Shown here one piece after another: positions 17,415-27,313 of a DNA stretch of 64,000 nt. Position 1 is the stretch's first letter. Each line of letters starts with the position of its first letter. The stretch is from Candidatus Heimdallarchaeota archaeon (lineage in GTDB: Archaea; Asgardarchaeota; Heimdallarchaeia; Hodarchaeales; Hodarchaeaceae). The notes under the pieces are model-generated. The model was not told the DNA's origin, did no database searches, and saw only the letters and a list, made by a program, of their open reading frames with translations. The DNA lies in assembly GCA_011364965.1 (NCBI GenBank), contig RDOB01000003.1, positions 368,939 through 432,938 on the forward strand, read 5' to 3'. The translations under genes were made by a program, and so were the position numbers.

Positions 17415-17748
17415 TGGACAGAAAATTCCTTTTTTTATGATTTTGATGTATGAAAGCTAATTAAGTGTTGTTGTTTTGTTTTGGTTTTAAAATGTTCTCT
17501 TTACCAATTCACTTTAAATATTTCTTTCTGTCAGGGAAAGAGTACACAAACTATAGATTACGATTCTCTCATTAGTTCTTCCTAATAAATGTAGCTCTTC
17601 TTAATATTATGAACTAGCTTTTCACAAATCGATCATCTAATTTTTGGTTTGTATTAAAGATCGCTTTAGAAATTACCATACAAGAATATAAATTCCAATT
17701 TTTACATTATAAAGTATTTAATCATGTTAAGTAACTGTATGTTGATAA

Positions 17749-18663
17749 TTATATCCTTTTATATTGATAGAGGGAATTCTCTTCCCATAATTCAATTTGA
17801 ATTCTACGCCACCTTGTTAATATTCTCCCTTGTCGGCGAGCTATTTCTGCACCCATCCAGATCCACTTCGGGGTAAGAAGAATGATTCTCTCTACGCTCA
17901 TAAATTCTAGCGGAGGCAAACTGAGCAATTCATTTAAAATAGAGTTAACAATTTGTTCATCAACACGATTTTCTTGACATACAAACCAAACGAGGCCTCC
18001 TGTTTCCTTATCTATTCCAATAAGGTCAACTGTTCCCGCGATTGTATCGGATATAATACTTGATAATTGTTCGCATCCAAATACTTCTGCTTTTGTAAGT
18101 GTACGCACAATTAAATCCACACGACGATTTTCAGACCTTGTTATCAAGGAATTATGTATTGATCGAATAATTCCAGGTTTTTTCGCAAAGATATCCCAAA
18201 GCAGCTCTTTTTTCTCCAGTCTTTTTTCCCCTGGTAATATCTGAAGGTCTGAGTGGAACATTAAATCGATTATATGAGGTACATCTAACTCCTCATATGT
18301 GATTAAATCAGTTACAAAATCCCGCGAAAGCATAACTATTCCTGTTGAATAAAACCAGGTTCGTTTTATCTGTTCAACAGGCCGTTTACTGACTTTTGTA
18401 CGACTTAAGCGCAAACTAAAAGCCAAACCCATCTGTTGAGCCCTCTCAACAGTCATCTCAGTTATTGTACTATTACAAGCAGGACAGGTAAATTCAGAAC
18501 GGTCTCTTCCAAGTACATCTTTGCAAAAATACTTTTGTTGACAACTCCTACAATAATAAACAAGATCTTTTCCTTGAGATTTGATATCTTTTTCTCGTTG
18601 ATGCTTGCATAGACGACAAGGGCCGTCACAAACAATTTTAGTCTCATATTCTGAACTGGACAT
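17749..18663 (-). CDS. Cys-rich (RING-like) zinc finger plus degenerate NucS-like PD-(D/E)XK domain
   Basis: CRLC..CRSCQQKYFC..CPAC; C-terminal GTVDLIGIDKETGGLVWF..ERIILLTP. Confidence 0.5.
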   Translation of the reverse strand: MSSSEYETKIVCDGPCRLCKHQREKDIKSQGKDLVYYCRSCQQKYFCKDVLGRDRSEFTCPACNSTITEMTVERAQQMGLAFSLRLSRTKVSKRPVEQIKRTWFYSTGIVMLSRDFVTDLITYEELDVPHIIDLMFHSDLQILPGEKRLEKKELLWDIFAKKPGIIRSIHNSLITRSENRRVDLIVRTLTKAEVFGCEQLSSIISDTIAGTVDLIGIDKETGGLVWFVCQENRVDEQIVNSILNELLSLPPLEFMSVERIILLTPKWIWMGAEIARRQGRILTRWRRIQIELWEENSLYQYKRI

Positions 18664-18788
18664 GAGAGTTCACACCTCAAATGAATGATTTGCTTTTTAT
18701 TGTTTTGCTTTCAATAATATAAATTTCAAAAAAAATTGGGGTGCTTATAAGGAAAGAGGGAGAGTCAGAATGCTGAAAGTGAAGAGTT

Positions 18789-19385
18789 ATGAGTTCAACA
18801 AAAAAAACGACAATTCAACAATCAATTCACGATTATCTCAGTTTAACCGACAGATCTTGGGTAGTGGAGTTCGAGGTATTTGATTTTGGGGCATCCTTAA
18901 CTTCCTGTCTCGAACTCCCTCCACTGATCTATGCTATGAACCCTAAAGCTCACTTTTGGGCTTTCATGCACGTTTTTTTGCAAACTTGTGAAATCAGCTT
19001 TATTGAACGTAGAAGTTTATCTGAAAATCATGTTGAGATGGCTTTAGTAGGATTATGGAATTTTAATCTTGTAGCTATCCCATTGTGGATTCTACATAAA
19101 AGACTACTTGGTTTTGAAGTAGTCCAAAGTCGAGAATTTGAAATCATTGATTCAATACCACTTAAATGGTCAAGAACTATTCATCAGCTCGACTTTGAGC
19201 CGATTCAGCCAATGGAACACCTTGAATACATTTTTGAAAATGATATTTATATCAACAATAGACTCTATTTACGAGTTGATAATAAGAGAATATTTATTTC
19301 AGAGGAAATTGATGAACAAGAATTCTTCGAACGTATTGCTAAAACAGACATTCCTGAACTTGATGACTTCTATGAGCGACAATAA
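18789..19385 (+). CDS. Hypothetical protein
   Basis: 198-aa ORF filling the gap between recognised genes; no motif recognised. Confidence 0.6.
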   Translation: MSSTKKTTIQQSIHDYLSLTDRSWVVEFEVFDFGASLTSCLELPPLIYAMNPKAHFWAFMHVFLQTCEISFIERRSLSENHVEMALVGLWNFNLVAIPLWILHKRLLGFEVVQSREFEIIDSIPLKWSRTIHQLDFEPIQPMEHLEYIFENDIYINNRLYLRVDNKRIFISEEIDEQEFFERIAKTDIPELDDFYERQ

Positions 19386-19660
19386 GTGATTTGAAAGTCA
19401 AGAAATTCTCTTTCGTTTATATTTGACCAAATTTCTTTTGTGTCTACAATTTGGGAATGTGGAGAACCTATATTTCGAGCCCAATTAGCTAGTTTTTTCA
19501 AATCGACCTCTAAACCCTCAGCAACAATTTTTACAGCTCCATTTGGCAAATTGCATACATAGCCGGTTATTTCATGAAGCGTTCTAACGAAATCACGAGT
19601 ATAAACACGAAAAAATACACCTTGAACCCGACCCGTAACGATAATTGTAACCCGTTTCAT
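19370..19660 (-). CDS. acyP: Acylphosphatase
   Basis: VTGRVQGVFFR, GYVCNLPNGAV, GSPHS. Confidence 0.93.
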   Translation of the reverse strand: MKRVTIIVTGRVQGVFFRVYTRDFVRTLHEITGYVCNLPNGAVKIVAEGLEVDLKKLANWARNIGSPHSQIVDTKEIWSNINEREFLDFQITYCRS

Positions 19661-19710
19661 TTCCTAAAACCAAACACCAACTCTTTATTAAATAAAGGAA
19701 AAAAACAAGT

Positions 19711-20787
19711 TCAATCTGCACGATCTCCCGTTATAAACTCCTCGAAGCGTTTCACGGCATCCTGTTCACCAACGTGAACTGGAGGATATTTAAAACCGTA
19801 AGCAGAAACGGATAACAATGGACCATCAATACCTCGATTCAATGCAAGTTTAGTTGCGCGAATAACGTTTACAAGGGTACCAGCAGCGTTTGGACCGTCA
19901 GTGGTTTTGACTGTAATGTCAATTTTAAACGGGGTATTCAGAAAATAATTTCCATAAATCCAAAAGTACCCAGTTCGTTCATTTCCCAAAAAATCTAAAT
20001 AGTCTGTTGTTCCTGACGCAATATCGTTGTCTGTTAAATATGGAAGAGTTCTTTTAATACTATCAGTTTTTATTTGGCGTTTTTCCATTCTTCGCTCCGT
20101 ATAAAGGGTGTTCATTCCTTCACTTCCTCCTGAAACGTCTAATTGATAAGTATTTTTGATATGCGCACCGAAAGAGTTTAGAATTTCAAGTATTCCTTTA
20201 TGAAGTCTTGTTCCTCCTAATTGCGATTGCAAATCATCCCCTACGACTGGTAGATTGGCTTTCTTAAATTTTCGAACCCATTTATCATCTGAGCAGATTC
20301 TTGTAGGGGCTGCTTCTATAAAAGCTAAATCGGCCTTGATTGCAGCATCCGCATACACATAAGTAGCCTCTTTCGCTCCTGAAGGAAGAAGAGAAATCAC
20401 CATATCTGCATCTACTTCTTTAAATTCTTTTACTAGATCAACTTCAGGATTTGAACTAATTTGAACTGTTTCAGCAAGAAGTGGGGAAATTCCATCTTTC
20501 ACTGGGCCTTTCTTAACTTTTATGCCCAGAGGTTTATTATATTCAATTATTCGGGGTGCGATATTTGGTTCTGCAAAGATCGCTTCAGCTAGATCTTTTC
20601 CGACCTTTCCTTCGACAACATCAAAACAGCTGACTATTTCAATGTCATTGATTCTTAAACCACCTATTGTTTCATAATTAACGCCAGATGCTCCATCTGT
20701 AGCGTGTACAGAATAGTATCTGAGTGCTTGAACAAGTGATGATGCTGCATTTCCCACACCTACTAAAATTACTCGCGCTTTGGCCAC
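19711..20787 (-). CDS. ino1: myo-Inositol-1-phosphate synthase
   Basis: VGVGNAASSLVQ, GDDLQSQLGGT, YQLDVSG, DGPNAAG, FKYPP. Likely GTG start at 20787; the track extends to 20850. Confidence 0.9.
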   Translation of the reverse strand: MAKARVILVGVGNAASSLVQALRYYSVHATDGASGVNYETIGGLRINDIEIVSCFDVVEGKVGKDLAEAIFAEPNIAPRIIEYNKPLGIKVKKGPVKDGISPLLAETVQISSNPEVDLVKEFKEVDADMVISLLPSGAKEATYVYADAAIKADLAFIEAAPTRICSDDKWVRKFKKANLPVVGDDLQSQLGGTRLHKGILEILNSFGAHIKNTYQLDVSGGSEGMNTLYTERRMEKRQIKTDSIKRTLPYLTDNDIASGTTDYLDFLGNERTGYFWIYGNYFLNTPFKIDITVKTTDGPNAAGTLVNVIRATKLALNRGIDGPLLSVSAYGFKYPPVHVGEQDAVKRFEEFITGDRAD

Positions 20788-20984
20788 TGTTTTAACAACC
20801 CTACATTTCTGAGGTGATTTATCACATCGGATGCAATTTGGGATGTACATAAGAACTTTGTTACCCAGATTATTATGCGGATAAAAATATTGGAATGTGT
20901 TTAAAAAATGTAATTAGGTAAGAATTATTAGATAGCTTATTACATGTTTATTATAGATCTGTTACTCTGAGGACGGATAAAACT

Positions 20985-21701
20985 TTGGTTAAACTCTTTA
21001 GAAAGAAAAGTCAAGAAGAAAAAAAGGATTTGAAATTTGAGGCATCGCTAAAATTAAAATCTCTTTCCCTAGAAGAATATACCCATGTTGCGTATGCCTT
21101 TCAGGTTTCTCTTTTGCGTTTCGAACGGATGCTAAAAGAAAGTCTTCTTGAAGGATATATTACATCTACAACTCTTGAGAAAATATCTCAAGAATTTAAT
21201 TTTCTAGCAATTCGAAATTTAGAGATTCCCCAGGTGGAATCTTTAGCAACGATTTTTGGGGTAGAAGCAAAACCTGACGCAAAAACTCCAAAGTTAATGC
21301 CAAAAGAAACTCAATCCACGTCCATTCCAGAACCAGTTGAAGTGATTGAACCTGAAGTCCCCTCAGAACATCCCATTCCCTCATTGAAACCTCAGCCAAC
21401 GCCTGTATCTCAACCTCTAAAAAAACCATCATTTACATTTTCCGTACCCGAACCGGTATTAGAACCCACAGTTCAATCAACCACTCCTTCTTTAGAAAAA
21501 CCATCTCCCAAACCTGCAAAACCTGTAGCTCCTCCAATACCCAAAATCTCGTTTCCTACAATAGCGACATCATCCGATCCCCTTGGTCAGGTTCGTGCGC
21601 GGCGTGAGGAGGATCGAGCAACTGGAATTGCTATCCTTCGTAAACAAATGCTTACGGAACTTAAAAAAATTCGAACTGTTGTTTCTGAAGATCAACAATA
21701 A
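20985..21701 (+). CDS. Hypothetical protein: helical N-domain, Pro-rich linker, C-terminal amphipathic helix
   Basis: About 110 residues rich in P/E/K/S/T; ends GIAILRKQMLTELKKIRTVV. Confidence 0.7.
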   Translation: MVKLFRKKSQEEKKDLKFEASLKLKSLSLEEYTHVAYAFQVSLLRFERMLKESLLEGYITSTTLEKISQEFNFLAIRNLEIPQVESLATIFGVEAKPDAKTPKLMPKETQSTSIPEPVEVIEPEVPSEHPIPSLKPQPTPVSQPLKKPSFTFSVPEPVLEPTVQSTTPSLEKPSPKPAKPVAPPIPKISFPTIATSSDPLGQVRARREEDRATGIAILRKQMLTELKKIRTVVSEDQQ

Positions 21702-21742
21702 CGAAAAAATTTGTAGATCTTTAAGATTGATTGGAATTTATC

Positions 21743-24364
21743 TCAATTTGTTAATTCCTTCTCTTGATTTACAAAGAAGGCTGTTAGAGGAATTGTAAAA
21801 GCCCGATTAATCACTAATTTTTCAGACAGAGAGATGCCAAATCGATTGCTTGCTCCTAAAATTTCACGAATATAATGGATACGGTCAATTTGATGGTTTT
21901 GGTTTTTAAAGTATTCAGGATGAAAAGCTCGTTGGTACTGAGGTTGATTCTTTGAACCTGAAGCAATAATATATGGAAAACCATCCCAATTCGTCCATTC
22001 AGTATCGGGTTCTAGATTATTTTCCTGACAATAATGGAGAAAAGCACCAACAGCTGGAGTTTTAGATTTGTATTTCTGCGGAGAACGTCGAAGTGGGCCA
22101 CGGATAGTCAATAAGGTGATTAATTCATCTATTGGAGCTTTCAAAATCCTAAAACAGACATCAAGGATAAAATTCTCCGCCTTTTCAATTCTTTTTGGGG
22201 AAAAATCAGTTAAAAGCCTTTCCAAAAGGGACCGTTGCGTTTTTCGCGCTAAGGGAGACCAATCAGATCGAACAGCTTCAAAACCCCTAATTATAACTGT
22301 GTTTGTAAGTAAAGAGAGATATGAATATGCTTTCTTTCGCCCTCTCTTAAGAATTATTCTAAGTGCGATATCTTCCAGTTGTAATTCAAGATATTCTGGG
22401 AGTTTCTTGGAAAGGAAATCTTGATAATCAGAGATATTCTTCAAAAGCTTATTCAATGCTTGATCACGTACATCTGGATTTATTGTGTTTAAAAAATCTG
22501 TAGGTTGGTGATTTATAATAAATTCTACAAAGATTGAATCAGTATCGCCATACTGAAGTTTAACATCATAAGGATGCTTCTCAGAGAATTCTGCGGTCCA
22601 ATATCGAAGTTTTTTACTCAAAAGTTCTCTAGCTATACCAGTGATACTATTAGAAAGCAAATGATGATAAAATCGTCCACGAGGATAGTTTGAAGCTCCA
22701 AGTAAGGAATTAGCCATTAATTTCAGTGAATGTTGTTTTTTCTGAAGAATTTTAAGATCATTTTCATCTTTATTCTCTTTATTATCCTTTATTCTATTTA
22801 ATATTTGGTACCGCTCATTTAATACTCTTGTCATTAACTCCGTCAGGGCACCAAGGCTATCAGAACGGAATCTTTGATCAGGGGGGAGGTCAGCCGAGTC
22901 AGGAATTAAGGTTTCCCCAGATATGTTATGTGTCCGTACTATATTAGGATATAGAGAACGAAAATCTAGAATGGCCACAAAAAGGGCCTCATCGACTATA
23001 GGATCTATAACCCACCCACCTAAATGTGGATATTTCCGCTTTAGTTCATTACGTTTCTTAATTTCCTCTTGGGTGGGTTTTGAAGGAATTAAAATCCCTC
23101 TATTAACCAAAATTCGCATTAGTTCGTATTCACCGATATTACGACTAGTACTAAGAATACCTTCGGGTAAAGGGTATCCTGATAATCGGCATAATTCGAG
23201 ATTATCTGAAACACCCAGTTCTGTTGCCAATCGGAATGTTAAAAGAGAATCCTGTAAAGAATATTCTCTAAAGGTAATTCGATCATTAATATTTCCTGAA
23301 ATTCCGCTCCTAAATAGCTCTCCAAGAGATTTCTCAAGTGGAATTTTTTTCTCTCCTAGCACTTGCTCTGCTATTGAATCAAGGTTTTTTTTCCCACTAA
23401 TATGATGAATACCCCAAGTTCGTGGCATAAGGTCAACCACTGCCACCCCTTTAAGTCTATAACTCTCAACTGGAATATTTGATTTAATAATTTTATTTTG
23501 AAGCCCTCTAAAAATAGCTAATTCTCCCAAGGTTCTTCCATATCGCAATAAACGCGCCTCTAAATATGGAATATCGAAAAAAGTACCGTTGAACGAAATT
23601 ATTATGTCTGGCCAAATATTTCTCACTTTATTTATGAAATCTGTCAATAAAAACTTTTCTGCTTCATCAGTATCTTCATCTAGAATAAGAACCTCGGATT
23701 TAGGGGTCTTGGTTGAAATTTTACCCCACGCAAAAGAAATAGCAGAGATTCTACGCAGTTTTGCTTTAAGCATTTCTTGAATAGTTTCTCCATGTTCATT
23801 GACTTCAATATCAAAGGCCAAAACTAGTGGCTGATATATTTCAGTTGAATTCTGAACTAAGGAAATCCTTTCATGTGGGCATTTGAGTTTCAAGCTATTA
23901 TCATCTTCAAACAGAATATCTCCCTCTACCATTACTGAAGTTAATGCTCGAAGTCCTTTATCTAATAGAAAACGTCTAGTAAACGGAATATCAGCCTCAT
24001 GAACAGGCATATTTTCTTTTATAAACAAATTTTTAATGCTAGGAACTTGATAGGGAACTCTACCAATTAATTTCACTAAGTTTTTTGGTATATCACCAAA
24101 ATACTCTCGTTTCTTACATTCTTCTTCTGAGATCAACCATTCCTTTATTACTGGGTTATCTCGATTAATCACTTCATTTACTTGTTTAAAAGTTCCTTCA
24201 ACATAGAAATATGGTAAAAAATCGTTAACTTGCACTTCCACCCTCCTTGACTCGTTTCGCCCCCACAAGCGCAAAGAAGGACTCATAATCCCTTCTTCAT
24301 CATACAACATTTCATAATCTGCGTCCAGAAGGACAAATATGCGCCGCCTATTCATTATTCTCAC
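21743..24364 (-). CDS. polB: Family B DNA polymerase
   Basis: ExoI FDIE, ExoII FNGTFFD, ExoIII YSLQD, motif A DFRSLYP, motif B KLMANSLLG, motif C YGDTDS, PIP-like IPLTAFF. Confidence 0.95.
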   Translation of the reverse strand: MRIMNRRRIFVLLDADYEMLYDEEGIMSPSLRLWGRNESRRVEVQVNDFLPYFYVEGTFKQVNEVINRDNPVIKEWLISEEECKKREYFGDIPKNLVKLIGRVPYQVPSIKNLFIKENMPVHEADIPFTRRFLLDKGLRALTSVMVEGDILFEDDNSLKLKCPHERISLVQNSTEIYQPLVLAFDIEVNEHGETIQEMLKAKLRRISAISFAWGKISTKTPKSEVLILDEDTDEAEKFLLTDFINKVRNIWPDIIISFNGTFFDIPYLEARLLRYGRTLGELAIFRGLQNKIIKSNIPVESYRLKGVAVVDLMPRTWGIHHISGKKNLDSIAEQVLGEKKIPLEKSLGELFRSGISGNINDRITFREYSLQDSLLTFRLATELGVSDNLELCRLSGYPLPEGILSTSRNIGEYELMRILVNRGILIPSKPTQEEIKKRNELKRKYPHLGGWVIDPIVDEALFVAILDFRSLYPNIVRTHNISGETLIPDSADLPPDQRFRSDSLGALTELMTRVLNERYQILNRIKDNKENKDENDLKILQKKQHSLKLMANSLLGASNYPRGRFYHHLLSNSITGIARELLSKKLRYWTAEFSEKHPYDVKLQYGDTDSIFVEFIINHQPTDFLNTINPDVRDQALNKLLKNISDYQDFLSKKLPEYLELQLEDIALRIILKRGRKKAYSYLSLLTNTVIIRGFEAVRSDWSPLARKTQRSLLERLLTDFSPKRIEKAENFILDVCFRILKAPIDELITLLTIRGPLRRSPQKYKSKTPAVGAFLHYCQENNLEPDTEWTNWDGFPYIIASGSKNQPQYQRAFHPEYFKNQNHQIDRIHYIREILGASNRFGISLSEKLVINRAFTIPLTAFFVNQEKELTN

Positions 24365-24408
24365 ATGAACAGCGTTAAAACACGATTAAATCCACAAATA
24401 GTGTGGTA

Positions 24409-24942
24409 TTACTCCATGGTTTCAATCTTTGATATTCCTTTCAAATATCTCTTTGCCAAATCAGCATACAAATCTGCAGAATAGCTAATCATTAGTTTAT
24501 GCTTCTCACTAACTTCTCGAATTGCTTTAGCTGGTACTCCTAGTATAAGAGAATTGGGTTTAAATTCTTTATTCTCTGGAATCAGAGCTCCTGCACCCAC
24601 TATTGACCATTCATTGACTATAGATTTATCAGCAGTCACCGCACCCATTCCAATAATGATGTTATTATGTATAAGAGAACCATGTATTATCGCACCGTGA
24701 CCTACTGTCACATTATTGCCAATTTCACAAGTTTCGTCGACTCTCACATGAATAACGCTATTTTCTTGGATGGAAGTACGATTACCGATCCGAATAGTTC
24801 CATAATCCCCACGAATCTTTGCTCCTGGACCGATATAACACTCATCCCCAATTATTACGTCTCCTATTACTTCTGCAGAGTCAGCTACATATGTATCTTT
24901 TCCAATAATTGGGTTACGATCCTCAAACTGATATAACACCAT
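24409..24942 (-). CDS. Gamma-class carbonic anhydrase-like (hexapeptide repeat) protein
   Basis: IRGDYG..IQENSVIH..VGHGAIIHG with three His ligands. Confidence 0.92.
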   Translation of the reverse strand: MVLYQFEDRNPIIGKDTYVADSAEVIGDVIIGDECYIGPGAKIRGDYGTIRIGNRTSIQENSVIHVRVDETCEIGNNVTVGHGAIIHGSLIHNNIIIGMGAVTADKSIVNEWSIVGAGALIPENKEFKPNSLILGVPAKAIREVSEKHKLMISYSADLYADLAKRYLKGISKIETME

Positions 24943-25084
24943 AAAATCACCTAATGTGAAATATTGATTTGAGGGATTTTAGTCTTTTCTGAAACCAAAA
25001 TTAGATCCTGTTTTGTATTATCTTGATTTTTTGGTTAAAAAAGTAAGAATTGACATAATAAATGTATTTAATTTATGTTATTCG

Positions 25085-25123
25085 AAAAAAAAAGGAAGAG
25101 GGATTCCTCTCTATGAGAGGAAT
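25085..25123 (-). terminator. Hairpin plus T-tract downstream of the membrane protein gene
   Basis: ATTCCTCTC-TAT-GAGAGGAAT (25103-25123), followed on the minus strand by a pyrimidine run and T9. Confidence 0.55.
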
Positions 25124-25128
25124 ATTAC

Positions 25129-26112
25129 TTAAGCTTTTGATAGAGTGGAATATTTTCCACGAGACACTGCATCCAAAAAACGCACGATAAGGAAGATCTC
25201 TACAATTCCTACGCCCAATCCAAAGAAGAGAAGAACAATTAGTACGAATCCTATCTGGAATGATACATCAGAGAAAGGATTGGACGCAAGTACAAACAAC
25301 CCACCTAAGAATGTCCAAATACCTAATCCCAAGGAATAAAACAAAATTTTTCGGTGGAAAGCGACAGTATACATCCCTAAACGAGTATCACCAAGTACTA
25401 TTGCCCCTAGTCGTCGATTAAATCCAAGATAAATATTATTAGCTTTATCGTAAACTCTTCTAGGAGCAAAAATCAAGAATTTTGTAACACCAGCAATAAA
25501 ACTAACTACACCAGCAACAATTCCTGTTTCAGACACAAGAATCCATACAACTGCAAGGGCAATTCCCACTAAACCAATCCCTATGAAGAGCAATACAGGA
25601 TCAGATGAAAAGATTGCAAGAATAATCTCGAAAATTCCTCGTATTATATCAACAATACCGAATCGATATATTTTATCCTCACCAGTACCAGTATCTAAAC
25701 CGATTATCCAAAGAATTATCTCTAGAAAGAGAGTTAACCACCACCCTAAGGACTCTATCAACGTATCCAAACTTAAAGATTCGAGAAATCTCTCAACAGC
25801 ATCACTACCTATGAAACCAATGAATATAGCAATTATTAAACCCATGAAAACCCCAACTAAAATGAAAAATGTAGGAATGCTTTCCATAAACAAGCGTTGG
25901 TCATCTGATAAGGTATTATCTACCGATTCTTTAGATCGAGCAAACCGGAATGATCGACCAAACATCCGAAGAATCCATACATAAGGATAAAAGATTACTT
26001 TGAAAACAAACGCAATTAAATGGCCAATAGCCGCAAATATAGCAAAAACATCTGATTTTCCAAACCCATCGCTCAGATCAAAGACATATTTCTTTTCGCT
26101 CAATTGAAGCAC
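25129..26112 (-). CDS. Hypothetical polytopic membrane protein
   Basis: Multiple long hydrophobic segments. Likely TTG start at 26103 after AGGTG. Confidence 0.75.
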   Translation of the reverse strand: MLQLSEKKYVFDLSDGFGKSDVFAIFAAIGHLIAFVFKVIFYPYVWILRMFGRSFRFARSKESVDNTLSDDQRLFMESIPTFFILVGVFMGLIIAIFIGFIGSDAVERFLESLSLDTLIESLGWWLTLFLEIILWIIGLDTGTGEDKIYRFGIVDIIRGIFEIILAIFSSDPVLLFIGIGLVGIALAVVWILVSETGIVAGVVSFIAGVTKFLIFAPRRVYDKANNIYLGFNRRLGAIVLGDTRLGMYTVAFHRKILFYSLGLGIWTFLGGLFVLASNPFSDVSFQIGFVLIVLLFFGLGVGIVEIFLIVRFLDAVSRGKYSTLSKA

Positions 26113-26320
26113 CTTTTTTGAATTTTAGAGAATTACTCACTTTGTTCTTTTAAGAATTTTTAAAGATTCCATTATTTAGATAACATCAGAGATTTCTCAA
26201 TTGAAATATAGTATCTTTCATTTAATAGTTGTAAAAAATCTTGTCTCAATTAGTTCTAGTTGGATATGAGTTTTGATTGAAAATAAAAATAACAATTTAA
26301 TGCTTTTAATATGATCATAA

Positions 26321-27184
26321 ATGGAAGTTAATTATTTCTCAGATGTTAATGAATTTTATAACAGTGTTTTCCCCTTTCTAATCACTCATGAAGCGGAGAA
26401 TAATTTGCTATTTGGTATCCTCAACGCTCTCAAGCAAGATATTCATACTTACAGTCCCGAGGTATCGCCTAGATTAATCATAATCTCAGAAAATGCGAAA
26501 ATTGAATTAGTTTCACTTAGAACGCCCCCATACAATCAAGTAATCTCTTATACTGACAATCTAGAGACCGTTTCCATTCTTGTAGACACATTAGTACACA
26601 AAGATTCCGATATACCTGGAATTTTTGGATTTAAAGAAGGTGCGACTGAATTCGTTAAATTATGGCAAGAGAGAAGAACTACGGACGTTTCTCTTGAAAT
26701 GCATGAGAGATTTCATAGATTGATCAGGGTTAATCCTAGTGCTATTGGTTCTCACTCATTAGAGATAGCAACTCAACAGGAATATAAGCTCATATCAGAA
26801 TGGAATAATGAATTTCTAAAGGAAGCTCTTCCCAATTCATCAGCAAGTGAGATTGCCAGTAACCAAACACGATTGAAGCAGCTTATTCAACAACAGTCGA
26901 TCTTTTTATTAAAAGCTGGAAATCAAATTCTATCAATGGCAAGGAAATCAGGAGAAACGCCGAATGGTCAGATCATAAGTGGAGTTTATACTCCATCTGA
27001 TAAAAGAAAACGAGGTTATGGTACGGAAGTGGTAGCAAAATTAAGTCAATTAGCTCTCAATGAGGGAAAGAAATTTTGCTTTTTATCGACAGACCTTGCT
27101 AATCCCACATCCAATAAAATCTATTATAATATTGGCTACAGACCTGTAATAGATATAGATGTATGGAGATTTCATAACATCTAA
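26321..27184 (+). CDS. GNAT-family N-acetyltransferase
   Basis: ISGVYTPSDKRKRGYG, LSTDLANPTSNKIYYNIGY. Confidence 0.9.
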   Translation: MEVNYFSDVNEFYNSVFPFLITHEAENNLLFGILNALKQDIHTYSPEVSPRLIIISENAKIELVSLRTPPYNQVISYTDNLETVSILVDTLVHKDSDIPGIFGFKEGATEFVKLWQERRTTDVSLEMHERFHRLIRVNPSAIGSHSLEIATQQEYKLISEWNNEFLKEALPNSSASEIASNQTRLKQLIQQQSIFLLKAGNQILSMARKSGETPNGQIISGVYTPSDKRKRGYGTEVVAKLSQLALNEGKKFCFLSTDLANPTSNKIYYNIGYRPVIDIDVWRFHNI

Positions 27185-27313
27185 TAAAAAATGGATAGAG
27201 CCTGCAAGATTTTCTTTTAGATTAGCGGAGATTTTCATTATTTGAATTGCTTTATGAACCAATCTCTAAACTAGAAAATTCGTTGGTTTAAAGCTAAATA
27301 GATTATTTTTAGG

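Noticed and set aside
20862-20883. TACCCAG-N8-GCGGATA resembling the wHTH-pair operator, upstream of ino1
   Set aside because: Different spacing and several mismatches; cannot be distinguished from chance.
21743-24364. Possible intein or inactivated PolB2-type polymerase
   Set aside because: The length is normal, there are no intein boundary motifs, and the catalytic aspartates are intact.
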